This document shows, one piece after another, positions 27,041 through 40,667 of a stretch of 64,000 nt of DNA. The translations under genes and the position numbers were made by a program. Under the pieces are notes generated by a model that saw only the letters and a list, made by a program, of their open reading frames with translations, had not been told where the DNA came from and searched no databases. The stretch lies in NCBI GenBank assembly GCA_964016885.1, contig OZ024741.1, positions 254,882,001-254,946,000 on the forward strand, read 5' to 3'. How positions within the stretch are numbered: position 1 is the stretch's first letter; the number at the start of each line of letters is the position of its first letter. The stretch is from Eledone cirrhosa. Lineage: Eukaryota.

Positions 27041-28993
27041 GTTTCGCTTTACGAGTGTTTCGACTTACGAGTGTTTCGACATACGAGTGTTTCGGCTTAC
27101 GAGTGTTTTGATTTACGAGTGTTTTGACTTACGGGTGCTTCGACTTACGCGTGTTTCGAATTACGAGTGTTTCGACTTACGAGTGTTTCGGCTTACGAGT
27201 GTTTTGACTTACGAATGTTTTGACTTACGATTGTTTCGGCTTACGAGTGTTTCGACTTACGAGTGTTCTGACTACGAGTGTTCTGACTTACGGGTGTTCT
27301 GATTTACGAGTGTTCCGACTTACGAGTGTTTCGGCTTATGAGTGTTTCGACTTACGAGTGTTCTGACTACGAGTGTTTCGACTTACGAGTGTTCTGACTA
27401 CGAGTGTTCTGACTTACGGGTGTTCTGACTTACGAGTGTTCCGACTTACGAGTGCTTCGACTTACGAGTGTTTCGGCTTACGGGTGTTTCGACTTACGAA
27501 TGTTTTTGCTTACGAGTGTTTCGGCTTACGAGTGTTTCGGCTTATGAGTGTTTCGACTTACGAGTGTTTTGACTTACGGGTGTTTTGACATACGAGTGTT
27601 TCGATACGAGTGTTCTGACTTACGAGTGTTTCCGCTTACGAGTGTTTCGGCTTACGAGTGTTGCGACTTACTAATGTTTTTACTTACGAGTGTTTCGGTG
27701 TAAGAGTGTTTCGACTTAACGATGTTTTGACTTACGAGTGTTTCGACTTACGAGTGTTTCGACTTACGATTGTTCCGACTTACGAGTGTTTCGGCTTATG
27801 AGTGTTTCGACTTACGGGCGTTTCGAGTTACGGGTGTTTCGACTTACGAGTGTTTAGGCTTATGAGTGTTTCGATTTACGAGTGTTTTGACTTACGGGTG
27901 TTTTGACATACGAGTGTTTCGATACGAGTGTTCTGACTTACGAGTGTTTCCGCTTACGAGTGTTTCGGCTTACGAGTGTTTCGACTTACTAATGTTTTTA
28001 CTTACGAGTGTTTCGGTGTAAGAGTGTTTCTACTTAACGATGTTTCGACTTACGAGTGTTTCGACTTACGAGTGTTTCGACTTACGAGTGTTCCGACTTA
28101 CGAGTGTTTCGGCATATGAGTGTTTCGACTTACGGGCGTTTCGACTTACGGGTGTTTCGACTTACGAGTGTTTTGACTTACGAGTGTTCTGACTTACGAG
28201 TGTTCTGACTTACGAGTGTTCCGACTTACGACTGTTTCGACTTACGAGTGTTTTGACTTACGAGTGTTCCGACTTACGAGTGTTTCGGCTTACGGGTGTT
28301 TCGACGTACGAGTATTTTTGGCTTACGAGTGTTCCGACTTACGAGTGTCTCGGCTTACGAGTGTTTCGGCTTACGAGTGTTTCGACTTACAAGTGTTTCG
28401 ACTTACGAGTGTTCCGACTTACGTGTGTTTCGACTTACGAGTGTTTTGGCTTACGGTGTTTCGACTTACGAGTGTTTCGGCTTACGAGTGTTTTGACTTA
28501 AGGGTGTTTCGACTTACGAGTGTTTCGATACGAGTGTTTCGACTTACGAGTGTTTCGGCTTACGAGTGTTTCGACTTACGAGTGTTTCGACTTACGAGTG
28601 TTTTGACATACGAGTGTTTCGATACGAGTGTTTCGACTTACGATTGTTCTGACTTACGATTGTACTGACTTACGAGCGTTCTGACTTACGAGTGTTTCGG
28701 CTTACGAGTGTTTCGGCTTACAAGTGTTCTTACTTACGAGTGTTCCGACTTACGGGTGTTTCGACTTACGAGTGTTTTGGCTTACGGTGTTATGGCTTAC
28801 GAGTGTTTCGAGTTACGAGTGTTTTGACTTACGCGTGTTTTGACATACGAGTGTTTCGATACGAGTGTTCTGACTTACGAGTGTTCTGCCTTACGAGTGT
28901 TCTGACTTACGAGTGTTCTGACTTACGAGTGTTCCGACTTTACGAGTGTTTCGGCTCACGAGTGTTTCGGCTTACGAGTGTTTCGACTTACGA

Positions 28994-29062
28994 AAATAAC
29001 AAATAGACGCGGTTTCAAATCTCTATGCTTTTCAAATTCATTACATTAATCTTTATTTATAC
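28994..29062 (+). repeat. 69-bp spacer, type A
   Basis: Matches 938-1006. Confidence 0.95.
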
Positions 29063-30128
29063 GTTTCGCTTTACGAGTGTTTCGACTTACGAGTGTTTCG
29101 ACATACGAGTGTTTCGACTTACGAATGTTTTTGCTTACGGGTGTTTCGACTTACGAATGTTTTTGCTTACGAGTGTTTCGGTTTACGAGTGTTCCGACTT
29201 ACGAGTGTTCCGACTTACGAGTGTTTCGGCTTACGAGTGTTTCCGGCTTACGAGTGTTTCGACTTACGAGTATTTTGACTTACGGTGTTTCGGCTTACGA
29301 GTGATTAGACTTACGAGTGTTTTGACTTACGGGTGTTTTGACTTACGGGTGTTGTGAATTACGAGTGTTCCGATTTACGAGTGTTTTGACTTACGGTGTT
29401 TCGGCTTACAAGTGATTCGACTTACGAATGTTTTGACTTACGGGTGTTTCGGCTTGCGAGTATTTCGACTTACTAATGTTTTTACTTACGAGTGTTTCGG
29501 CGTACGAGTGTTTTGACTTACGAGTGTTTCGACTTGGGGTGTTTCGGCTTACGAGTGTTTCGACTTACGAGTGTTTCGGCTTGCGAGTGTTTCGACTTAC
29601 TAATGTTTTTACTTACGAGTGTTTCGGCGTACGAGTGTTTCGACTTACGAGTGTTTCGACTTACGGGTGTTTTGACTTACGGGTGTTTCGGCTTACGAGT
29701 GTTTCGACTTACGAGTGTTTTGACTTAAGGGTGTTTCGACTTACGAGTGTTTCGACTTAGGAGTGTTTTGACTTACGGGTGTTTTGACATACGAGTGTTC
29801 CGTCTTACGAGTGTTCCGACTTACGAGTGTTTCGGCTTACGAATGTTTCGACTTACGAGTGTTTCGACTTACGAGTGTTCCGACTTACGGGTGTTTCGAC
29901 TTACGAGTGTTTTGGCTTACGGTGTTTCGGCTTACGAGTGTTTCGAGTTACGAGTGTTTTGACTTACGCGTGTTTTGACATACGAGTGTTTCGATACGAG
30001 TGTTCTGACTTACGAGTGTTCTGCCTTACGAGTGTTCTGACTTACGAGTGTTCTGACTTACGAGTGTTCCGACTTTACGAGTGTTTCGGCTCACGAGTGT
30101 TTCGGCTTACGAGTGTTTCGACTTACGA

Positions 30129-30197
30129 AAATAACAAATAGACGCGGTTTCAAATCTCTATGCTTTTCAAATTCATTACATTAATCTTTATTTATAC
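30129..30197 (+). repeat. 69-bp spacer, type A
   Basis: Matches 938-1006. Confidence 0.95.
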
Positions 30198-30799
30198 GTT
30201 TCGCTTTACGAGTGTTTCGACTAACAAGTGTTTCGACATACGAGTGTTTCGACTTACGAATGTTTTTGCTTACGGGTGTTTCGACTTACGAATGTTTTTG
30301 CTTACGAGTGTTTCGACTTACGAGTGTTTCGACTTACGAGTGTTTCGAATTACGAGTGTTTCGACTTACGAGTGTTTTGACTTACGGGTGTTTTGACATA
30401 CGAGTGTTTCGATACGAGTGTTTCGACTTACGAGTGTTCTGACTTACGAGTGTTCTGACTTACGAGTGTTCTGACTTACGAGTGTTCCGACTTACGAGTG
30501 TTTCGGCTTACGAATGTTTCGACTTACAAGTGTTCTTACTTACGAGTGTTCCGACTTACGGGTGTTTCGACTTACGAGTGTTTTGGCTTACGGTGTTATG
30601 GCTTACGAGTGTTTCGAGTTACGAGTGTTTTGACTTACGCGTGTTTTGACATACGAGTGTTTCGATACGAGTGTTCTGACTTACGAGTGTTCTGCCTTAC
30701 GAGTGTTCTGACTTACGAGTGTTCTGATTTACGAGTGTTCCTACTTTACGAGTGTTTCGGCTCACGAGTGTTTCGGCTTACGAGTGTTTCGACTTACGA

Positions 30800-30868
30800 A
30801 AATAACAAATAGACGCGGTTTCAAATCTCTATGCTTTTCAAATTCATTACATTAATCTTTATTTATAC
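30800..30868 (+). repeat. 69-bp spacer, type A
   Basis: Matches 938-1006. Confidence 0.95.
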
Positions 30869-32569
30869 GTTTCGCTTTACGAGTGTTTCGACTTACGAGT
30901 GTTTCGACATACGAGTGTTTCGGCTTACGAGTGTTTTGATTTACGAGTGTTTTGCCTTACGGGTGCTTCGACTTACGCGTGTTTCGACTTACGAGTGTTT
31001 CGACTTACGAGTGTTTCGGCTTACGAGTGTTTTGACTTACGAATGTTTTGACTTACGATTGTTTCGGCTTACGAGTGTTTCGACTTACGAGTGTTCTGAC
31101 TACGAGTGTTCTGACTTACGGGTGTTCTGACTTACGAGTGTTCCGACTTACGAGTGTTTCGGCTTATGAGTGTTTCGACTTACGAGTGTTCTGACTACGA
31201 GTGTTTCGACTTACGAGTGTTCTGACTACGAGTGTTCTGACTTACGGGTGTTCTGACTTACGAGTGTTCCGACTTACGAGTGCTTCGACTTACGAGTGTT
31301 TCGGCTTACGGGTGTTTCGACTTACGAATGTTTTTGCTTACGAGTGTTTCGGCTTACGAGTGTTTCGGCTTATGAGTGTTTCGACTTACGAGTGTTTTGA
31401 CTTACGGGTGTTTTGACATACGAGTGTTTCGATACGAGTGTTCTGACTTACGAGTGTTTCCGCTTACGAGTGTTTCGGCTTACGAGTGTTTCGACTTACT
31501 AATGTTTTTACTTACGAGTGTTTCGGTGTAAGAGTGTTTCGACTTAACGATGTTTCGACTTACGAGTGTTTCGACTTACGAGTGTTTCGACTAACGAGTG
31601 TTCCGACTTACGAGTGTTTCGGCTTATGAGTGTTTCGACTTACGGGCGTTTCGACTTACGGGTGTTTCGACTTACGAGTGTTTTGACTTACGAGTGTTCT
31701 GACTTACGAGTGTTCTGACTTACGAGTGTTCCGACTTACGACTGTTTCGACTTACGAGTGTTTTGACTTACGAGTGTTCCGACTTACGAGTGTTTCGGCT
31801 TACGGGTGTTTCGACGTACGAGTATTTTTGGCTTACGAGTGTTCCGACTTACGAGTGTCTCGGCTTACGAGTGTTTCGGCTTACGAGTGTTTCGACTTAC
31901 GAGTGTTTCGACTTACGAGTGTTCCGACTTACGGGTGTTTCGACTTACGAGTGTTTTGGCTTACGGTGTTTCGACTTACGAGTGTTTCGGCTTACGAGTG
32001 TTTTGACTTAAGGGTGTTTCGACTTACGAGTGTTTCGATACGAGTGTTTCGACTTACGAGTGTTTCGGCTTACGAGTGTTTCGACTTACGAGTGTTTCGA
32101 CTTACGAGTGTTCTGATTTACGGATGTTTCGACATACGAGTGTTTCGACTTACGAGTGTTTTGACTTACGTGTGTTTTGACATACGAGTGTTTCGATACG
32201 AGTGTTTCGACTTACGATTGTTCTGACTTACGATTGTACTGACTTACGAGCGTTCTGACTTACGAGTGTTTCGGCTTACGAGTGTTTCGGCTTACGAGTG
32301 TTTCGACTTACGAGTGTTTCGACTTACGAGTGTTCCGACTTACGGGTGTTTCGACTTACGAGTGTTTTGGCTTACGGTGTTTCGACTTACGAGTGTTTCG
32401 AGTTAAGAGTGTTTTGACTTACGCGTGTTTTGACATACGAGTGTTCTGACTTACGAGTGTTCTGACTTACGAGTGTTCTGACTTACGAGTGTTCTGACTT
32501 ACGAGTGTTCCGACTTTACGAGTGTTTCGGCTCACGAGTGTTTCGGCTTACGAGTGTTTCGACTTACGA

Positions 32570-32638
32570 AAATAACAAATAGACGCGGTTTCAAATCTCT
32601 ATGCTTTTCAAATTCATTACATTAATCTTTATTTATAC
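32570..32638 (+). repeat. 69-bp spacer, type A
   Basis: Matches 938-1006. Confidence 0.95.
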
Positions 32639-35600
32639 GTTTCGCTTTACGAGTGTTTCGACTTACGAGTGTTTCGACATACGAGTGTTTCGACTTACGA
32701 ATGTTTTTGCTTACGGGTGTTTCGACTTACGAATGTTTTTGCTTACGAGTGTTTCGGTTTACGAGTGTTCCGACTTACGAGTGTTCCGACTTACGAGTGT
32801 TTCGGCTTACGAGTGTTTCCGGCTTACGAGTGTTTCGACTTACGAGTGTTTCGACTTACGAGTGTTTTGACTTACGGTGTTTCGGCTTACGAGTGATTAG
32901 ACTTACGAGTGTTTTGACTTACGGGTGTTTTGATTAACGAGTGTTGTGAATTACGAGTGTTCCGATTTACGAGTGTTTTGACTTACGGTGTTTCGGCTTA
33001 CAAGTGATTCGACTTACGAATGTTTTGACTTACGGGTGTTTCGGCTTGCGAGTATTTCGACGTACGAGTGTTTCGGCTTATGAGTGTTTCGACTTACTAA
33101 TGTTTTTACTTACGAGTGTTTCGGCGTACGAGTGTTTTGACTTACGAGTGTTTCAACTTACGAGTGTTTTGACTTACGAATGTTTTGACTTACGGGTGTT
33201 TCGGCTTACGAGTGTTTCGACTTACGAGTGTTTCGGCTTGCGAGTGTTTCGACTTACTAATGTTTTTACTTACGAGTGTTTCGGCGTACGAGTGTTTTGA
33301 CTTACGAGTGTTTCGACTTACGAGTGTTTTGACTTACGAATGTTTTGACTTACGGGTGTTTCGGCTTACGAGTGTTTCGACTTACGAGTGTTTCGGCTTG
33401 CGAGTGTTTCGACTTACGGTGTTTCGACTTACGAGTGTTTCGGCTTACGAGTGTTTTGACTTAAGGGTGTTTCGACTTACGAGTGTTTCGATACGAGTGT
33501 TTCGACTTACGAGTGTTTCGGCTTACGAGTGTTTCGACTTACGAGTGTTTCGACTTACGAGTGTTCTGATTTACGGATGTTTCGACATACGAGTGTTTCG
33601 ACTTACGAGTGTTTCGACTTACGAGTGTTTTGACTTACGGGTGTTTTGACATACGAGTGTTTCGATACGAGTGTTTCGACTTACGAGTGTTCTGACTTAC
33701 GATTGTTCTGACTTACGAGCGTTCTGACTTACGAGTGTTTCGGCTTACGAGTGTTTCGGCTTACGAGTGTTTCGACTTACGAGTGTTTCGACTTACGAGT
33801 GTTCCGACTTACGGGTGTTTCGACTTACGAGTGTTTTGGCTAACGGTGTTTCGACTTACGAGTGTTTCGAGTTAAGAGTGTTTTGACTTACGCGTGTTTT
33901 GACATACGAGTGTTCTGACTTACGAGTGTTCTGACTTACGAGTGTTTCGGCTTACGAGTGTTTCGACTTACGAGTGTTTCGACTTACGAGTGTTCCGACT
34001 TACGGGTGTTTCGCTTTACGAGTGTTTCGACTTACGAGTGTTTCGACATACGAGTGTTTCGACTTACGAATGTTTTTGCTTACGGGTGTTTCGACTTACG
34101 AATGTTTTTGCTTACGAGTGTTTCGGTTTACGAGTGTTTCGACTTACGAGTGTTCTGACTTACGAGTGTTCTGATTTAAGGATGTTTCGACACACGAGTG
34201 TTTCGAATTACGAGTGTTTCGACTTACGAGTGTTTTGAATTACGGGTGTTTTGACATACGAGTGTTTCGATACGAGTGTTTCGACTTACGAGTGTTCTGA
34301 CTTACGAGTGTTCTGACTTACGAGTGTTTCGGCTTACGAGTGTTTCCGGCTTACGAGTGTTTCGACTTACGAGTGTTTCGACTTACGAGTGTTTTGACTT
34401 ACGGTGTTTCGGCTTACGAGTGATTAGACTTACGAGTGTTTTGACTTAGGGGTGTTTTGACTTACGGGTGTTGTGAATTACGAGTGTTCCGATTTACGAG
34501 TGTTTTGACTTACGGTGTTTCGGCTTACAAGTGATTCGACTTACGAATGTTTTGACTTACGGGTGTTTCGGCTTACGAGTGTTTCGACTTACGAGTGTTT
34601 CGGCTTGCGAGTGTTTCGACTTACTAATGTTTTTACTTACGAGTGTTTCGGCGTACGAGTGTTTCGACTTACGAGTGTTTCGACTTACGGGTGTTTTTTA
34701 CTTACGGGTGTTTCGGCTTACGAGTGTTTCGACTTACGAGTGTTTTGACTTAAGGGTGTTTCGACTTACGAGTGTTTCGACTTACGAGTGTTTCGACTTA
34801 CGAGTGTTTCGGATTACGAGTGTTTTGACTTGAGGGTTTTCGACTTACGAGTGTTTCGATACGAGTGTTTCGACTTACGAGTGTTCTGACTTACGAGTGT
34901 TCTGATTTACGGATGTTTCGACACACGAGTGTTTCGAATTACGAGTGTTTCGACTTACGAGTGTTTTGACTTACGGGTGTTTTGACATACGAGTGTTTCG
35001 ATACGAGTGTTTCGACTTACGAGTGTTCTGACTTACGAGTGTTCTGACTTACGAGTGTTTCGGCTTACGAGTGTTTCCGGCTTACGAGTGTTTCGACTTA
35101 CGAGTGTTTCGACTTACGAGTGTTTCGACTTACGGTGTTTCGGATTACGAGTGATTAGACTTACGAGTGTTTTGACTTACGGGTGTTTTGACTTACGGGT
35201 GTTGTGAATTACGAGTGTTCCGATTTACGAGTGTTTTGACTTACGGTGTTTCGGCTTACAAGTGATTCGACTTACGAATGTTTTCACTTACGGGTGTTTC
35301 GGCTTGCGAGTGTTTCGACTTACGAGTGTTTCGGCTTGCGAGTGTTTCAACTTACTAATGTTTTTACTTACGAGTGTTTCGGCGTACGAGTGTTTCGACT
35401 TACGAGTGTTTCGACTTACGGGTGTTTTGACTTAGGGGTGTTTCGGCTTACGAGTGTTTCGACTTACGAGTGTTTTGACTTAAGGGTGTTTCGACTTACG
35501 AGTGTTTCGACTTACGAGTGTTTCGACTTACGGGTGTTTCGACTTACGAGTGTTTTGGCTTACGGTGTTTCGACTTACGAGTGTTTCGGCTTACGAGTGT

Positions 35601-36106
35601 TTTGACTTAAGGGTGTTTCGGCTTACGAGTGTTTCGACTTACGAGTGTTTCGACTTACGAGTGTTCTTATTTACGGATGTTTCGACATACGAGTGTTTCG
35701 ACTTACGAGTGTTTCGACTTACGAGTGTTTTGACTTACAGGTGTTTTGACATACGAGTGTTTCGATACGAGTGTTTCGACTTACGAGTGTTCTGACTTAC
35801 GATTGTTCTAACTTACGAGCGTTCTGACTTACGAGTGTTTCGGCTTACGAGTGTTTCGGCTTACGAGTGTTCCGACTTACGGGTGTTTCGACTTACGAGT
35901 GTTTTGGCTTACGGTGTTTCGACTTACGAGTGTTTCGAGTTAAGAGTGTTTTGACTTACGCGTGTTTTGACATACGAGTGTTCTGACTTACGAGTGTTCT
36001 GACTTACGAGTGTTCTGACTTACGAGTGTTCTGACTTACGAGTGTTCCGACTTTACGTGTGTTTCGGCTCACGAGTGTTTCGGCTTACGAGTGTTTCGAC
36101 TTACGA

Positions 36107-36175
36107 AAACAACATATAGACGCGGTTTCAAATCTCTATGCTTTTCAAATTCATTACATTAATCTTTATTTATAC
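36107..36175 (+). repeat. 69-bp spacer, type C
   Basis: Begins aaacaacatatagacg instead of aaataacaaatagacg. Confidence 0.95.
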
Positions 36176-38732
36176 GTTTCGCTTTACGAGTGTTTCGACT
36201 TACGAGTTTTTCGACATACGAGTGTTTCGACTTACGAATGTTTTTGCTTACGGGTGTTTCGACTTACGAATGTTTTTGCTTACGAGTGTTTCTGTTTACG
36301 AGTGTTCCGACTTACGAGTGTTTCGGCTTACGAGTGTTTCCGGCTTACGAGTGTTTCGACTTACGAGTGTTTTGACTTACGGTGTTTCGGCTTACGAGTG
36401 ATTAGACTTACGAGTGTTTTGACTTACGGGTGTTTTGACTTACGGGTGTTGTGAATTACGAGTGTTCCGATTTACGAGTGTTTTGACTTACGGTGTTTCG
36501 GCTTACAAGTGATTCGACTTACGAATGTTTTGACTTACGGGTGTTTCGGCTTGCGAGTGTTTCGACTTACGAGTGTTTCGGCTTATGAGTGTTTCGACTT
36601 ACTAATGTTTTTACTTACGAGTGTTTCGGCGTACGAGTGTTTTGACTTACGAGTGTTTCGACTTACGAGTGTTTTGACTTACGAATGTTTTGACTTACGG
36701 GTGTTTCGGCTTACGAGTGTTTCGACTTACGAGTGTTTTGACTTAAGGGTGTTTCGACTTACGAGTGTTTCGACTTACGAGTGTTTCGACTTACGAGTGT
36801 TTCGGGTTACGAGTGTTTTGACTTGAGGGTTTTCGACTTACGAGTGTTCTGACTTACGAGTGTTCTGATTTACGGAAGTTTTGACACACGAGTGTTTCGA
36901 ATTACGAGTGTTTCGACTTACGAGTGTTTTGACTTACGGGTGTTTTGACATACGAGTGTTTCGATACGAGTGTTTCGACTTACTAGTGTTCTGACTTACG
37001 AGTGTTCTGACTTACGAGTGTTTCGGCTTACGAGTGTTTCCGGCTTACGAGTGTTTCGACTTACGAGTGTTTCGACTTACGAGTGTTTTGACTTACGGTG
37101 TTTCGGCTTACGAGTGATTAGACTTACGAGTGTTTTGACTTACGGGTGTTTTGACTTACGGGTGTTGTGAATTACGAGTGTTCCGATTTACGAGTGTTTT
37201 GACTTACGGTGTTTCGGCTTACAAGTGATTCGACTTACGAATGTTTTGACTTACGGGTGTTTCGGCTTGCGAGTGTTTCGACTTACGAGTGTTTCGGCTT
37301 ATGAGTGTTTCGACTTACTAATGTTTTTACTTACGAGGGTTTCGGCGTACGAGTGTTTTGACTTACGAGTGTTTCGACTTACGAGTGTTTTGACTTACGA
37401 ATGTTTCGACTTACGGGTGTTTTGGCTTACGAGTGTTTCGACTTACGAGTGTTTCGGCTTGCGAGTGTTTCGACTTACTAATGTTTTTACTTACGAGTGT
37501 TTCGGCGTACGAGTGTTTCGACTTACGAGTGTTTCGACTTACGGGTGTTTTGACTTAGGGGTGTTTCCACTTACGAGTGTTTCGACTTACGAGTGTTTTG
37601 ACTTAAGGGTGTTTCGACTTACGAGTGTTTCGACTTACGAGTGTTTCGACTTACGGGTGTTTCGACTTACGAGTGTTTTGGCTTACGGTGTTTCGACTTA
37701 CGAGTGTTTCGGCTTACGAGTGTTTTGACTTAAGGGTGTTTCGACTTACGAGTTTTTCGATACGAGTGTTTCGGCTTACGAGTGTTTCGACTTACGAGTG
37801 TTTCGACTTACGAGTGTTCTGATTTACGGATGTTTCGACATACGAGTGTTTCGACTTACGAGTGTTTCGACTTACGAGTGTTTTGACTTACGGGTGTTTT
37901 GACATACGAGTGTTTCGATACGAGTGTTTCGACTTACGAGTGTTCTGACTTACGATTGTTCTGACTTACGAGCGTTCTGACTTACGAGTGTTTCGGCTTA
38001 CGAGTGTTTCGGCGTACGAGTGTTTCGACTTACGAGTGTTTCGACTTACGGGTGTTTTGACTTACGGGTGTTTCGGCTTACGAGTGTTTCGACTTACGAG
38101 TGTTTCGACTTACGGGTGTTTCGATTACGAGTGTTTTGGCTTACGGTGTTTCGACTTACGAGTGTTTCGGCTTACGAGTGTTTTGACTTAAGGGTGTTTC
38201 GACTTACGAGTGTTTCGATACGAGTGTTTCGACTTACGAGTGTTTCGGCTTACGAGTGTTTCGACTTACGAGTGTTTCGACTTACGAGTGTTCTGATTTA
38301 CGGATGTTTCGACATACGAGTGTTTCGACTTACGAGTGTTTCGACTTACGAGTGTTCTGACTTACGATTGTTCTGACTTACGAGCGTTCTGACTTACGAG
38401 TGTTTCGGCTTACGAGTGTTTCGGCTGACGAGTGTTTCGACTTACGAGTGTTTCGACTTACGAGTGTTTCGACTTACGAGTGTTTCGACTTACGAGTGTT
38501 TTGACTTACGGTGTTTCGGCTTACGAGTGTTTCGACTTACGAGTGTTTTGACTTACTGGTGTTTTGACATACGAGTGTTTCGATACGAGTGTTTCGACTT
38601 ACGAGTGTTCTGACTTACGAGTGTTCTAACTTACGAGTGTTCTGACTTACGAGTGTTCTGACTTACGAGTGTTCCGACTTACGAGTGTTTCGGCTCACGA
38701 GTGTTTCGGCTTACGAGTGTTTCGACTTACGA

Positions 38733-38801
38733 AAATAACAAATAGACGCGGTTTCAAATCTCTATGCTTTTCAAATTCATTACATTAATCTTTATTTATA
38801 C
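38733..38801 (+). repeat. 69-bp spacer, type A
   Basis: Matches 938-1006. Confidence 0.95.
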
Positions 38802-39403
38802 GTTTCGCTTTACGAGTGTTTCGACTTACGAGTGTTTCGACTTACGAGTGTTTCGGCTTACGAGTGTTTTGACTTACGAGTGTTTTGACTTACATGTGTT
38901 TCGACTTACGCGTGTTTCGACTTACGAGTGTTTCGACTTGCGAGTGTTTCGACTACGGGTGTTTCGCCTTACGAATGTTTTGACTTACGGATGTTTTGAC
39001 TTACGGGTGTTTCGGCTTACGAGTGTTTCGACTTACGAGTGTTTCGACTTGCGAGTGTTTTCACTTACGAGTGTTTTGGCTTACGGTGTTTCGGCTTACG
39101 AGTGTTTCGACTTACGAGTGTTTTGACTTACGGGTGTTTTGACATACGAGTGTTTCGATACGAGTGTTCTGACTTACGAGTGTTCTGACTTACGAGTGTT
39201 CTGACTTACGAGTGTTCTGATTTACGAGTGTTCTGACTTACGAGTGTTCTGACATACGTGTGTTCTGACTTACGAGTGTTCCGATTTACGAGTGTTTCGG
39301 CTTATGAGTGTTTCGACTTACGAATGTTTTTGCTTACGGGTGTTTCGACTTACGAATGTTTTTGCTTACGAGTGTTTCGGCTTACGAGTGTTTCGACTTA
39401 CCA

Positions 39404-39472
39404 AAATAACAAATAGACGTGGTTTCAAATCTCTATGCTTTTCAAATTCATTACATTATTCTTTATTTACAC
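39404..39472 (+). repeat. 69-bp spacer, type B
   Basis: Preceded by ttacca; carries gacgtgg, cattatt and tttacac substitutions. Confidence 0.95.
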
Positions 39473-40598
39473 GTTTCGCTTTACGAGTGTTTCGACTTAC
39501 GAGTGTTTCGACTTACGAGTGTTTCGACTTACGAGTGTTTCGACTTACGAGTGTTTCGACTTACGAGTGTTTTGACTTACGAGTGTTCTGACTTACGAGT
39601 GTTCTGACTTACGAGTGTTTCGACTTACGAGTGTTCTGACTTACGAGTGTTCTGACTTACGAGTGTTCCGACTTACGAGTGTTTCGACTTACGAGTGTTT
39701 CGACTTACGAGTGTTTCGACTTACGAGTGTTTCGGCTTACGAGTGTTTTGACTTACGAGTGTTCTGACTACGAGTGTTCTGACTTACGAGTGTTTCGGCT
39801 TATGAGTGTTTCGACTTACGAGTGTTTCGGCTTATGAGTGTTTCGACTTACGAGTGTTTCGGCTTACGAGTGTTTCGACTTACGAGTGTTTCGACTTACG
39901 AGTGTTTCGACTTACGGGTGTTTCGACTTACGAGTGTTTCGACTACGAGTGTTTCGACTTACGGGTGTTTCGACTTACGAGTGTTTTGGCTTACGGTGTT
40001 TCGACTTACGAGTGTTTCGGCTTACGAGTGTTTTGACTTAAGGGTGTTTCGACTTACGAGTGTTTCGATACGAGTGTTTCGACTTACGAGTGTTTCGGGT
40101 TACGAGTGTTTCGACTTACGAGTGTTTCGACTTACGAGTGTTCTGATTTACGGATGTTTCGACATACGAGTGTTTCGACTTACGAGTGTTTCGACTTACG
40201 AGTGTTTTGACTTACGGGTGTTTTGACATACGAGTGTTTCGATACGAGTGTTTCGACTTACGAGGGTTCTGACTTACGATTGTTCTGACTTACGAGCGTT
40301 CTGACTTACGAGTGTTTCGGCTTACGGGTGTTTCGGCTTACGAGTGTTTCGACTTACGAGTGTTTCGACTTACGAGTGTTCCGACTTACGGGTGTTTCGA
40401 CTTACGAGTGTTTTGGCATACGGTGTTTCGACTTACGAGTGTTTCGAGTTAAGAGTGTTAGACTTACGCGTGTTTTGACATACGAGTGTTCTGACTTACG
40501 AGTGTTCTGACTTACGAGTGTTCTGACTTACGAGTGTTCCGACTTTACGAATGTTTCGGCTCACGAGTGTTTCGGCTTACGAGTGTTTCGACTTACGA

Positions 40599-40667
40599 AA
40601 ACAACATATAGACGCGGTTTCAAATCTCTATGCTTTTCAAATTCATTACATTAATCTTTATTTATAC
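40599..40667 (+). repeat. 69-bp spacer, type C
   Basis: Begins aaacaacatatagacg. Confidence 0.95.

Noticed and set aside
30129-30868. 671-bp spacer distance equal to the A-to-B distance in the 38-50 kb domain
   Set aside because: The intervening variant patterns differ and both spacers are type A. Distances are quantised by 16-bp units, so coincidence is likely.
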